DNA of 64,000 nucleotides. Source: Balanoglossus misakiensis. Its lineage: Eukaryota > Animalia > Hemichordata. The position numbers were made by a program, and so were the translations under genes. Positions 50,701 through 64,000 of this stretch are shown piece by piece; position 1 is the first letter of the stretch; each line of letters begins with the position of its first letter. The DNA is taken from positions 8,857,483-8,921,482 of the forward strand of contig CM082582.2 of assembly GCA_040954595.2 (NCBI GenBank). Direction: 5' to 3'. Below the pieces are notes generated by a model. The model saw only the letters and a list, made by a program, of their open reading frames with translations, was not told where the DNA came from and ran no database searches.

Positions 50701-53700
50701 ACACTTGGAGTTTTTCATTGCGCTGAAGGTAAAAAAATACTTTGGGGTCTCCTGGAAAAGGCCTGAAAGTTATGGAATGTTACATAAGTTTAATTCTTTG
50801 ACGATTTAAACCAAGGTTCTTGCATGTACATTTGTGTTAACATTTCAAGATCTGGCCAGTCTAGTGGGCCTCAGGGACACCCATTTTCAAAAAATGGAAA
50901 AATGATCCAGACTCACAGTTGGACATATTCAGATAATACAGCTGTGTGTGTACACTTTGCAGGGTAAAAGTGGTCCAGAAGCCAAGAGTGAAGTGACAAC
51001 CATGATCGCAGATTTGCAGTTAGTGGACAAGACCGACTGGCAATCGTCCAAGCTTTCTGGTGGAATGAAGAGAAAACTCAGGTAAATACAATGTATTTAT
51101 TTGCACTTGAGCACGTCCGACCAGCCTACTTACTGCCCCTGGACCCACCTAGATGATGGACACAGCTTTCTCACACTGGCCACTGGGAGTTTGTTTTTTT
51201 TTTGCTCTGGTGCAGAAGTTTCTAGCATATGACATGTCCACGCGTGAATGTTATTTGCACATGCAGTACTAACATGTGCTTTGATTTTTCTGGGTTTTTT
51301 TTCCAGCTGTGCCATTGCTCTGGTTGGTGGCTCTAAAGTCATCATCCTGGATGAACCCACGTCCGGAATGGATCCGTATGCCAGGAGAGCCACTTGGGAT
51401 TTGCTGCTCAAGTACAAGTCCGGCAAGACCATGGTGCTCACCACACACTTCATGTGAGTAAAACAAAACTGCCGAGGGCACTTTGATCCGCCAATCACAT
51501 TTATTTTGAAATAAATAAAAGCTAAGGAAAGGACTAAATTATCTTGTAATTAGCCACATATACCCTACATGTACTAGTAAACCTTTCTTATGACAGGGAT
51601 GAAGCTGACTTGCTGGGAGATCGTATTGCTATCATGGCCAACGGACAGCTCATGTGCAGCGGTTCTTCATTATTCCTCAAGAACAGGTGAGTCAGTTTGG
51701 TTTTAAAACCTTCAACCCCTGTTTCATCATTTAGAGATCCATCTTTGCCACAGAAAATGATGGGTTTGGACTGAACCATGGTGGTGAAAGGGTGAATTCA
51801 ACAGGTGGTTATATTTCCCCTCCACAGGTACGGCATTGGCTACCATGTGAACCTGGTGAAGAACGCAGGCTGTGACAGGATAGCGATCGACAGCTTGATC
51901 AAGACCCACGTACCCCCTGCAGAGCTGGTCAGCGATGTTGGTGCAGAGCTGTCGTACATCCTACCCAGAGATAACAGTGCAGCGTTCACGTCATTGTTCA
52001 AGGAGTTGGAAGGTGCGCGTTTGGTTGTGGTGTCTGCAACTGCAGCTAAATCAAAAATGGACGTCTGCGGCGAATGTTGATAATGTCTGAAAATTGCTGA
52101 AAATTTATTTTCTGTAAACATTCTGTGGCAAATGACCAGACCTGACTTTTGTTCCAATATTTTTTGTTCACCTCAGAGAACCTGTCCACGTTAGGCATCG
52201 ACAGCTATGGGGTGTCTGTCACAACCATGGAGGAGGTCTTCATGAAAGTAGACGAGACTGCAGACGACGGCGAGGATGAGAATGGAGACGTCAAGGAGGC
52301 TTTGCCGGGAAACGGCACAACAACTGACAACGACAACGCCATGCTGGTCAAACCGGCAAACAGTGCTTTGATCGACTTCTCATCTTTACCCGACCCAGAG
52401 GACCCAGAAGCACATAAAGGTATAATGTTTTAATGTTATTATTAATCACCCAGTTTCTCCCCCAACTGCTAGCTATCAGTGAAGTCACATGACCAGACAG
52501 AATTTTTTACATTGTTCGCCCTGAATCATTGCTTTTACTTTGTGTGATTTTTTTAAAAACAAAATTTGCTTTGACTGAAATTCCTGCATATTCCTTGCTC
52601 TAAAGGTTGCTCTCTTTTATTCTTGTACTTTCTTGTGAATATTTGTAAACAATATTTTGTGCTCGCTTCTGTCCTGTTGCAGATTTTTCTGCTGACCTTT
52701 CTAGCATATGCCGACTTATTTTAATTTTTTTGCAGATTTTATTATCTTGATAAATACAGACAATTACTTTATCAATATTTGTATTATATAATCATATGTC
52801 TGAAATGCATTTCCAGATGTGAAATACAGTCTGCATGGTTTTAATGCTTGCAATACCTGGCAAAGATGACCCTTTCTAGTTGTACACCCTTCAACTGAAC
52901 TCCAGTTTCCTCCTAACCCCTTTTGCATGATTTTTTCTTCCACAGTCCTCTCCTGTTGTCATCTTCCTTCTAATCTAATGAACTTATTACTAACAAGCAC
53001 AAGGTAAACCCATGCGTGTGCCCTCCACACTAACAGAAAGAGTGAATAAAAATTGTACTGGACAAAAACCAGATTTTGTACTGAAATTTTATTGACATAG
53101 CGACCAATCAGTCAGCAGAACAAAGCTGATACTTCAGTGTCCCCTTGATTGTTCACTCTTAATTCAAATCACAAACACTGCTGACATTACATGTCCCAAA
53201 AACATCTTGGTGGTGATGTTGATGCATTCACACTCACAAATCTGACACGTACATCTCGTCATAAAAATTTGTCTTGTCTCCACATCTTTATCAATTCATC
53301 CGCCTACCTTGTATACATGTACACATACTAACCAAATCTATAAGTACTGAGAGAACTGCATATTCAAGTGACAATTCATCTTGTACACATACTAACCATG
53401 CATTCTCCATGCTTCATTTCTGCCACTCTCTTTTTCTCAAACTAAAACCATCCATATGCTATCTCACGGGATCCATGCATCCTCCGCCCACAGCTAAACA
53501 TCTCAAACCTAAAGCCAGCACATCTACGCAGAACATCACTAACGTAAACGTTGATGAGTCAAGCTTTACTCAAACAGGTAGCCTTCATGACAGATTCATG
53601 CATCAATTTTATGTGTCATATAATATATGGTATTGTGATCATGTTATATTTTGCTGTACATGTATTTTTTAACTGAGCTGTTGCATCCTGTGTGTGCTTC

Positions 53701-56700
53701 CCTTTCATTGACAGATAGTGCACGCAGAAGCAACACCGTAGGGCTTCATATCCAAAAATCTCCCGTCTATGCAGATAAAATCAGTATGATCGCAGATTTC
53801 AGCTCTGCTTTACCGTGCTTGCTGTGTCTTTCACTGTCGAATGGCTACCGTATAATCCTTCAATTAAGCTCCACCCATGATTAGGCACCAGGCAGACATG
53901 AGTCTGTTGCATTTAACCCTTGGATAAGCACCGGGAAAGTCTGGAAACTTTTGGCAAAATGCTACCAAAAACAGGGCTGCCTTTTCAAAAAGAATGATAA
54001 GATGACGAGGCAATATATACCCAATTTTAGGAGCCACCAAAATGTGAAAATGTAGCAAAGTGGGGCTTAATTGAAGGCACATATACACTTTCTTGGTCTG
54101 TGTCCTCCAAACAGTAATACACTTAAAGGGACAAAGTCACTAACTTTTGACATTATTTGACCATGATTCAAAGAGTATAGCAAATGAAGATAAACCAAAA
54201 TAATGTCAAAAGTTGTCCACTTTGTTCCTTTAATGTTTCACCCTATTTTCACGTCCTGTATTTGATATTTGTTCTGTTGTCTGGGTTCTAGATTTGGATG
54301 TCAAGGTGAAAGTTCTCTGGCTCAAATTCTAACAATTTCTTTTGTAGGAGCCACATTCTTTCTCATTGTGAAAGATATTCCCCTGAAAGAGAATTGGCAG
54401 TATAGAAATTTATCAAGTCCTTTGTACACTTTCTGAGTAAGAGTGTTTATGGTTTAACATGTATTTGTGATTGCTAAACATCTTTCTTACTCTCATCTTT
54501 ACCACTTCACTTGCAGACTTGTTGAAACAATAAATACACACACGATTGTTAAAAAAAATTGAAATTGTTGTCACCCTCAAATATAAAATGGACACTCTGT
54601 GAACCATCGTTGAACCGAGATAGTGCACACATACATGAGGTGATCTGATAGCAAAAGTTTCACACACAAAAAATATTGCTTTCAACAAGTCTGATCTCAG
54701 TCTCATAGCACTCTTATTATGCATGCTGCACTGCTCACTCAGTGGTTAACCCTGTCACCCCTACGTTCCCTGCATTTGGATTCAACCACCCCAGTGAAAT
54801 CACTGGGGACCGGACCAAATGGTGGCAGCGAGAGGGGTGGGAATTGCATGATCGAGCTAACACACGCATGTCTGTACTATTGTAGATTATTTGACCGGCT
54901 GCAGCTTGAAATGGCAACAGTTCGTAGCCATGTTCATCAAGCGATTCTTGAACAGCAAGCGCGACATCAAAGCCGTGGTCACTCAGCTGTTGCTTCCGAT
55001 GCTCTTCATCTTGTTCGGTCTGCTGGTCGAGGTGACCAACGAGCCGACCGCGTCTGATCCCCCACTGGAGATGACGCTGTCTAATCTGGCCTCGCCCGAG
55101 CTCGGAAACATGAAAGGTTACTACGCCGATTTGCGGGGAAACGGTCAAAATCTGATGCTGTTCAGGGTCAGTCTGAATCTAGTTTGCAAAGCTCTCTAAT
55201 ATGCATGGAATATCAATCTGAATCTAAATGCACATGATTGCAGTAGCAACTGCCATCGCTTCCTGCACATTGAGAAAAACAACTAACAACGCTGCAGTAC
55301 ACTTTAATGGCCAAGCAAACAATTTCACTTCCTTGAAACATGATTGTTGTGACTTACTGAGGTCTTGCGAGACTTTGAACTTTAAAGGTAGAAAGAATCT
55401 AAGACTATAAGTGAAATGTTTTCTGTGATGAGAATTAACGAAGTAAATGTGACATTCCTTTCATTTCTAGGATTTGGATACATACCTGTCTACCGTATCC
55501 ATGGATGTAACTAACGTGACGACTGAAACGGACACAATCGAAATGAACAACGCCGGCAGCCTGATTGATGGAACAGCCAAGAGCAGCAACGCAGATTGCT
55601 GTTCGTACACCAATCAAGTGCTGAATGATCAATGTGTCAGTGTGGTACGTACGTCAATCTTTCCATCAAACTGCCCCCTGCCACAACATTTTCTGCCTAC
55701 ATATACTTCTATGTTGCTATACATAAGACTAAAACATAAAACTGCTTGTCCTTCTGTAAATACCATAACTTTTGGGGAAATGAATAAAAGATCAAGATTT
55801 TTTTTTTCTTTCAGATTAATGTCAATGGTGAGGCCAGCTCAATCTGTGATGATTATACCGATTTTGGATATGCGGATTGTACAAGTTGTATTACAGGTTA
55901 CTTGTAAGTACCTTGTAGACCAGTTTGTACATCTTGTATGTACCTGAGTCTGAGATCCATTCAGAGGACTGATTTTGTATGCCTATTTGCTACAGGGTGG
56001 ACTTTGAATGACTGTTGGTGCGTCATGTTTTGGCAATCACACAGACATCAGTGGATTCTCACATCCCAAAATTTGTTTCTTCATAAAAATGCATCTCTTC
56101 ATCCAGGAACACCGATCAGTGTCCAATAGGCGTCAACAGCAGCATCTTGGACGACCCACTGACGTATTTTGAGGAGTTCATCCTGAGAGACAGCAACAGC
56201 GAGGAGTACTTCGACACGCACCTGTCGGGTTTCACCATGACCGACAGCGAGGAGGATGAAAACAGAACTGTGCTCAACGTCTGGTACAGTAACCAGGTGG
56301 GTCCCAATCTGTTCCGACCTTCCATCCCATCTCTGATCTTCTCACTGTGGAGTTTAGCCTGCACATTGACTGTAGTTTAGTGTTCACAGACTACCATGCA
56401 TTTGATAGCAAGCATTTTCCAGTCAAATTTCATGAAAGAGACGCCATTTTATTTGTTATTTTCTCCCTCTAGGGTTACCACATATCAGCTTCTACCCTAG
56501 TTGCAGCCGACAATGTCATTCTGCAGTATTTCACCAATTCCAGTTTCTCCATCAAAACCACGAACTATCCACTGCCACTCAGTGCTGCAAGTAAGGTGGG
56601 TATATATAAACAACATTATTCAAATTGAAATAAATAATGCTTACATTTTCTGTTCACCCATTCTGGGTTCAAGTGAATATACACATTGGCCCTTGGGTCA

Positions 56701-59002
56701 GTTTGGTTTTAAAATGCCACCATATATCCAACCGCATCACCTGGAATTCTTTACAGGTTGAGGCAGTACAGATAGACTTTGGTGCCGTTGGTTTGGCCAT
56801 CTTAATCACCTTCGGAATGGCTTTCTTAGCAGCGAGCTTCTCTCCGTTTATTGTCCAGGAAAAGGAAAGCAAGGTAAAGTTGCAAGAGTTTAACATCTTT
56901 CTGTTGAAAGATCCATTCTCATTAATTGTAATTGTATTTTTTTTTTCATTCTACTGTATGAAGGGACCTGTCTTGACTAATGGTATACAATGCATATATG
57001 AATGTATGTATGTATGTATTGGTTAATGTATGTTTGTTTTTTTCCTTGGCAGGCGAAACATCTTCAATTTGTCAGTGGAGTGGACGGCGTCAGTTACTGG
57101 ACCGCGACGTTCGTCTGGGATTTCATCAACTACCTGATTGTGTTCGTCTGCATATGTATCATGTTTGCGGCCTTTGACACGGACTCCTTCAGCGGTCGCA
57201 ACTTTGGCAGCGTGGTGGTTGTCATGGTAACTGTACTCTTCTTTCTATGATAAAGCTTGCAAGGCTTAAACAGCTAGCAAAGGGATAGAAATTTAACTAC
57301 GATTCTAACATTTGAAATCTAGGGTGGTAATCGACCTAAGCAATCCAGAAAAATTACAAAAAATAACTGTTTCTGTGTTTCTGCTTTTCTATTATCCACA
57401 GTTGCTGTTTGGACTGGCTGCGTTACCGCTGGTGTACTGTTTTACATTCATGTTCAAGAACCCACTAGCGGCCTACAATTTGATCACGTTCCTCTTCGCA
57501 ATGGTCAGCATGGTGAGTTCTTTCAAACAAAAGATATTCTTGGAAAATCCTGGGGCTCTTGCAGTCCTCAAAATCTTGGGAAAGTCGATTTGTACCGTGT
57601 TCATATCCCAACCCAGCTTTTAATAATGCAAGCTATGGAATGATACTTTTCCTTATGGAAGGTACATTTGTGTAATCATGCATTTTGTGTTGATAGGTAT
57701 TTTTCAAATGGGATAATTGCATTGCAGACAGAAATAGAGGCTTTGCTCAATGCTGTGTTACAAGCATCATATGGTCAAGTTCATCGAGTTGCAAGCGTCA
57801 TACGATCACTGAATTTCTTGAATATTTTTTCCATGTTACTGTAGGGAAGCTTGATCGCTGTCTTCATACTGGACGCCACAGGCGAGACGGAGGAAGCGGA
57901 CATCGTGGACTATGTCTTCATGTTATCTCCAGCTCACGCCCTGGGTCAGGCCATGGTGTCGATCGCAGTCAACCACGAGATCCGCAAAACGTGCACGGTC
58001 TCAGCACTGTGAGTTTTTACCGCAGAACAATTTGGTTAAATGTAGTGTGTGCATTAACATTAAATGCCTGAACTTTGTTTGCTCAGAATTGACAAAAAAA
58101 ATTCCTCAAAAGCTAGAATAACCAGTTTGGGGATTCAAATGTTTCCATACTGTATTCACAACATCCTGACTGAAATATTGACCTGTAATTTCCACGCAGC
58201 AATAAATACCTGTGTTCCCTGTCCAATGCAACTTACCATGAGAATAACTTTGCGTGGGAGGCCCCAGGCATTGGAGTACACTGCACTTATCTGGCTGTAG
58301 AAGCTGTGGTCTACTTTCTCCTTGTGTTGCTCATCGAGGTAGGTGTATACCCTGAGAGTGTGGTCTGTTTCAACGGACCTCTTTAGAATTCACATTTTCT
58401 GTCTTTGACATGTGAAGTAATATATCTCTGTACTGGAAGTTTTGTAGATGGGTTGTATCTTTTTAATCTTTACCAACTGAGGTTTTTACAATGGTCATAT
58501 TTCTCCATTCTACAGGTGCGTTTCTTCATCCCAGCAAGATCTGCCTCAGTCTTGAAAGGTCACGGGGAAGACAAAGATGAGGTAAGGTTTAATTGGTCTA
58601 CTCCAGAATAAAGTGTGACACACAGACTACTGCAGGGTTCTATGAAATAGAGACGCAGAATAAATCAGGTGACAGTGATACAGACGGTCAGCCCATATTA
58701 CCCGTATTCCTTGCTTAGATTCTCACTGAAGTTATTATGATTTTTTTCTTCCGCACAGGACATTGATGTGAACCAGGAGAGAGCCCACATCAAAAGTATG
58801 GATAAGAGTGCCTACGGTGAGATGGCTGTCGTCATGAAGAATTTGACCAAGGTGTACCACGGTATCATCCGGTCAGCCCCCAGACCGGCTGTAGATTCGC
58901 TGTGTTTGGCCATCCCGAAGGGACAGTGCTTTGGTTTGCTTGGAATAAACGGTAAGGAATTGATGGTGTTGATGATGATGGTGGTGGTGGTGGTGGTGGT
59001 GG

Positions 59003-59034
<32 letters not shown>

Positions 59035-59068
59035 GTGATGATGATGGCGGTTGTGGTGATGGTGATGG

Positions 59069-59127
<59 letters not shown>

Positions 59128-61052
59128 GCGACGACGACGAGGATGATGATGATGATGATGAAATATTCTTTTTTACTGTCTATAGGAGCCGGTAAAACTA
59201 CTACATTTGGTATGTTGACTGGTGATGTTGGTATAACAGCTGGTACTGCTTACATGGACGGATTCAACATACAGACACACAAGAGACAGGTAAGAAGGCG
59301 TGAAGTCCACATGCTTGAAATATATCACCAAGCCAACCAGTGACATCCCTACTGGCTTTCCCACTGATGCTTTAACTTCTGAATTTCATTAACCTGCAGG
59401 TGCAACAGCGTATAGGCTACTGTCCCCAGTTTGATGCATTGATTGAGAGACTGACCGGTCGGGAAGTGCTGATGATGTACGCGAGACTACGAGGAGTACC
59501 CAGCAATAAATTGGAAGAAGTGGTGAAAGTGACCATTGAGCAGTTGAATCTCGGGCCGTGGGCTGATAAATTGTCTGGTAACTACAGGTGAGTGGGCAAA
59601 AGTGAGCAAGACATTTTTCTCAGTGCCAAAAATGTGGTTGTTTGTGAAATGGGGTTTTGTATATGATATTTTATGATTTTTAATTTCAGTGGCGGAAACA
59701 AGAGAAAGCTAAGCACTGCCATTGCTGTTGTTGGTAATCCACCAATCATATTCTTGGTAAGTAGAATCAAAACTGTAGAATCTATCTTGCTGATGGATAA
59801 ATTCAATCTCATGTTCAAGAACACAAACTCCATGCTCTGTTATCACCATCATTCCAGGACGAGCCCACATCCGGAATGGATCCGAAGGCCAGGAGATTCC
59901 TGTGGAATGCTCTGACATCTTTGATGAAAGGTGGTCGTTCCATAGTTTTGACTTCACACAGGTAAGTGCATGGGACCAACCAGTTTTCATTTGGAGTTCA
60001 TTTCCTTGTAGGCATGTTCGAAAACATTGCTGTGACTCATTTCTCTTTCTCTCCACAGTATGGAGGAGTGTGAAGCCCTTTGTACAAGACTAGCAATAAT
60101 GGTCAATGGAGAATTCAAGTGCCTGGGCAGTACTCAACATCTCAAGAACAGGTATTGTAATCTGATGTCATACATGTAGTTCAAAGGTTAAATAGTACAT
60201 AAAGTATTCAAGCTGTCATTTTACAACATACCTAGGTATATAAATACCTGCAAGCATAATTGCAACATTCTGGTAAAAGTAAAGTTTCTAAAACTGAACA
60301 CATTGTCGAAATCAAGCTTTTTAAACTTATGTTTTTTTGGTACACACATATCACCAGATACGGGGCTGGTTATACTATGATGCTTAAAGTGAGCGAGACA
60401 TCCACCACAGACATGGTCAAACAGTTTGTACAGGCCAACTTTCCTGCAGCCAAACTGCTTGAAGAAGTACAGGTAATTATAGACACAAATATGTCTCATG
60501 TTTGATGTTGATTTTGGTTCATGATGTTTGATTATCGATTGATTACTGACTGACTGACTCACTCACTCACTCACTTTACTTGCAGGGTATGGTGCATTAT
60601 CAAGTGGACAATGTGAAGTTGAACTGGTCGTACATTTTTGGTATTATAGAGGGCCAACGTGAAGCATTGCAAATTGTCGATTACAGCGTGAGTCAGACCA
60701 CTTTGGAACAGGTAAAGTCACACTTGGGTTTCCTATGATGCATTGTTCATAATGAGGCCAAATCCAATGGGAATCGTTACCCACCTAACAACAACATCAT
60801 GATATTTTTTTCATATGCACGTATGTGGATTATTTTTTTCAGGTGTTCATCAACTTTGCGAAGCTGCAACACTCTGACATGGACAGCAAGAAGTCGAAGA
60901 AGAAGAGGAAGGAACTGGAGGGTGTCGACTTCCCCCGGATGACGTACACATCCCCTCCTCCGGGGACCCAGAGCGAGGGCCACGTCAACCCGTCCTACGG
61001 TAAACCACCAGCTCCTCCTGCAGTTGCACCTGCGCCTAATCCTGGCTGCTAA
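44703..61052 (+). CDS. ABCA3: Full-length ABC transporter subfamily A (ABCA3-like), more than 35 exons
   Basis: N-terminus [23 protein letters not shown] and [18 protein letters not shown]1: [32 protein letters not shown]2: [29 protein letters not shown]-terminus [14 protein letters not shown]; stop at 61052. The ABCA3 assignment is inferred from the compact ECD1 and is not a phylogenetic result. Confidence 0.9.
51710..51796. mobile_element. Short dispersed repeat / MITE relic, same family as 30340-30404
   Basis: Shares the 33-nt identical terminus plus similar upstream sequence (TTTAGAGRTCC..CTTTRCCAYAGAAAA). Confidence 0.6.
54123..54233. mobile_element. Kolobok/T2-type MITE with TTAA target-site duplication
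   Basis: TTAA-AGGGACAAAGT..AACTTTTGACATTATTT ... AAATAATGTCAAAAGTT..ACTTTGTTCCT-TTAA. The imperfect terminal inverted repeats are about 30 bp, with AGG...CCT termini. Confidence 0.75.
58960..59160. repeat. (ATG/GTG)n trinucleotide microsatellite in an ABCA intron
   Basis: It fills most of intron 58952-59185, which splits the NBD2 Walker A motif. Confidence 0.95.
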
Positions 61053-62522
61053 ACCCTCTGTGCTGCTCATCTGTCTCCTTGCTTTGCTTTGCTTTGCTTT
61101 GAGCTTGTCTATGCGTGTGCTCCCTTGTGTTGGGGACCTTAAAATGCAACGTTTTGAGAAACACAGATTTTGAAAATGGATAATCTGAAATTGAATCTGC
61201 ACTACAAATATTAATTGACTTACTAGTATTCATTTGATTTTTTACATATATTGATGTACATGTAATACTCTTGTTTACATACCGGTAGTGAGTGCTGTTC
61301 CACAGTTTGCATGTATTTATTTATTTAATATTTATTTGTATTATACATTTTCTTTCTTTCTCAGAACATGCCCAACCACCCGAAGTCTGAGAGTGAAATC
61401 AGATCATCTTATATCTCATACCATCGTAAATTGCACGTCAAACTCCTCATTGCATCAGTTTGCGTCACATATCAGCCACACTTCAGAGGAAATCCCTCTT
61501 ATATGTTTGATAACAAGTGCTATATATTCATAGTAATAATGAAATTTTCATCACAGAATATTTTGTAACAGAAGATTTTTATGCAAAAAAATCAAAAGAC
61601 ATATTTAATAATTTCATACCCCTACCAGCTAAGATGCTTTCAGTGGATATAAAACAACATGATTGATTTCAATTTCAATCAACCTTTTAGATCAATTTGC
61701 TTTTTTTTCTATGAAAAGCAAATGTTTGAGAAACCAAAAGATCAGCTTTGTACTTTTCTATGTAATTTGAACTGCTTGATTTGAACGTTCAGAAAGTGTA
61801 CATAATTGTACAAACTGATGCGGGTGTCAGACAGCAAACAGTGACCTTTCCCCCACCCTCACACGATTCAAAGTTAGATGTGCTAAAACTTTACGGTGTT
61901 TTTTGGATTTAGAAAATCTCTCTATTTAGTTGTACACTTCATACTTTAAATTGTTTCTCATAAAAGTATGACAAAAAGGAATCTCAGTACCATTTACATG
62001 TTTGTTTGACTTTCCAGGAAATTACTTTGAAGTATGTGAAGTGCCTCAGTGAAATTGACATTTGTGTGTACTGTATATGATGTTGTATTTAGCTGATATA
62101 TAGTCTTATGGGTGTTGCCTGCGCATTCACTTATCTGTCATCTTTAGTCACAATTTGTATTTGGAACATTATTGGAGGCATATTTGTTCGTTTTTGGTTG
62201 AAAAAAACACTGTGATTCTATATTCTAACAACAACTTTGCGATGTAAATGGTTTGCATTAGTATAATCCATGATGCCCCTGTACAAGATGGCCGCCACTG
62301 CATTACTTAAGCAGGTATATGCATTTGCTGTTGCTATGGGATGCTTTCCACCAATTGAAGAACTGACAGATGAACCAATCAATGTATACTACGCACGAAG
62401 ACACATGTTGAAATGTTTTATCTTGATTTAGTTCTATAGTGCAATATCTTGACTTTATAGGCTGATATTGAATTTTTCTGTCATGAGTGCATTGAATTGT
62501 ACGTAGTACACCACTAGTGGAT

Positions 62523-62626
62523 TTTTACCCTGTTAGCAGCAAGAATAGGGTAGATGTTTGTACATTAATCCCATCTGTTTAATGAGGCTGGTGTGGTTCA
62601 AATTTTCTATGGGGTGAAAGGGTTAA
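62523..62626. mobile_element. Degenerate piggyBac-like MITE
   Basis: TTTTACCCTGTT ... GGGGTGAAAGGGTTAA. The same terminus appears inverted at 35046 (TTAACCCTTTCAACACCAT) and 54746 (TTAACCCTGTCACCCC). Confidence 0.45.
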
Positions 62627-64000
62627 ATGGCAATTGGCCAACATTGATGAAATGTATATATGTGCTGTTTTTATTCTGTCAGATCTATAGATTCTCAGTT
62701 GAGTTGCAAACATGTGATTTGAACACATTGGATTATTTATTACATACTGTGTATATCATCCCTCAATAGTGTTTTGTTTGCAAGGTCCTTAATAAAGAAT
62801 ATTTATACCTAAACAATGTATATGTTCAAATATTAATTTAAAAAATAGTAATAAAATTGGTTATTTTGCTGAAGTCGTTAATCGTGTGTATGTTGTGTTG
62901 TTCAAGATACTGTCAGAGACAAAGGGGGTGGATGGGGACTATACAGGGAATATTAAAATTGGAATTTATTTATCTATCTATCTATCTTTGGCATAAGACT
63001 GACCTAACAAGCCTATTATAAACACAGACAATGAAATATCTTTGTCGTGACAAAACCGCATACTTCAGATCTGCAGATAACCGGATCTAGAGCTCACGAC
63101 TGTTTGGTTGTCGCACCCCCGGGTCTGTGACAACTTTACATTCGTATGAACAGAGAATAGATGCGGATGATATGTAACTCACAGACGGTAGAGATAACAC
63201 TGAAACATGGATACACGAGTATTTCTGATTGAAATAAAGGATCGATGCTCTTCGTATAACCGTATGTGTTTATTCATGCGTCTGCCAGGTGTGGTCATTG
63301 TCACAACAAATGAAGCACTCGTCCAATATTGATACCCTCACGACAAGAAATGTTCCGGTTTCGGGTGACTTAAGAGTCCAATATGCACAAACCAATATTA
63401 AAATAATCAAAATAATGGGAACGACTTTGCCCCTTTAAACAAAATAGAAAACTGGCTTTCCACGTTTATAACGTCCTGGCATAAAATTGGCAACCAAGAC
63501 AACAGTATTTTGCATAGTGTGTATTTCGTTGTTACCAGCCTGCGCACTTACTCAGAAGTCGACATACATATTGGATGACTTGGTCATCCGGGTAAAGGTG
63601 GGGATGGCACGGTCTGCTCTGGTTAATAGTTAAACGGTGACATCTTTGAGCAATGACAAAGCGGGTTATTTTCCATCATAATATTCATGGTATGCAAACG
63701 GTGTACATGTAACTCCCATTTGTATAGAAGTTGGTCACTTTAAAAATCAGACGTGCATTTGCAATGCGTCGAATCGCCAAACTTGACTGCAATAATTCGC
63801 ATGGCAATAAATTAAAAATCGCCGCATTTTCGTCAAACGACGTTCCTCGGTCGACTCGTCCTAACCAAAGTTAATCAGCAACAGACAACTTATACAGATA
63901 ACAGACTGTCCGATACAGCGTTAATGATTAAAGTTGTCACTTCTGGTGGAGTCGATCGCACGTAATGTCGTCACATCTCTCAAGGCATTTCTTATGTAAA

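Noticed and set aside
52946-53002. Second candidate cassette exon in the long ABCA intron
   Set aside because: Low-complexity intron-like composition; by my reading it does not clearly preserve phase 1-1.
63000-64000. Possible start of another gene at the window end
   Set aside because: No ORF of 60 aa or more and no recognisable exon; insufficient evidence.

Overview
This window is gene-dense eukaryotic genomic DNA with short spliceosomal introns and AT-rich non-coding sequence. It is probably from a marine invertebrate bilaterian; the exact taxon cannot be fixed from the sequence. I reconstructed nine multi-exon protein genes by hand from splice sites and reading phase. In order: a CUB-LDLa single-pass receptor with PY motifs (+), carrying an antisense intronic tRNA-Cys; a paired-domain Pax gene of the PoxN/PaxA-C/Pax-alpha type with no intact homeodomain (-); a melatonin/Moody-like class A GPCR (+); a small TM plus Sel1-repeat protein (-); HSBP1 (-), which has a U12-type AT-AC intron and lies head-to-head with FBXO15 (+); a PLA2G15/LCAT-family lipase (-); a secreted, probably GPI-anchored protein with 12 TSP1 and 2 FN3 domains (-); and a full-length ABCA3-like transporter (+). 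Small TTAA-targeting MITE relics and microsatellites occur in introns. The best leads are the unusual Pax gene (possible eroded homeobox, stacked corepressor motifs), the minor-spliceosome intron, the TSP1-FN3-GPI architecture, a cluster of RFX X-boxes, and CLEAR-like E-boxes upstream of the lysosomal lipase. No prokaryote-type system such as CRISPR or an operon is present. Exon coordinates were read by eye and may be off by a few nt.
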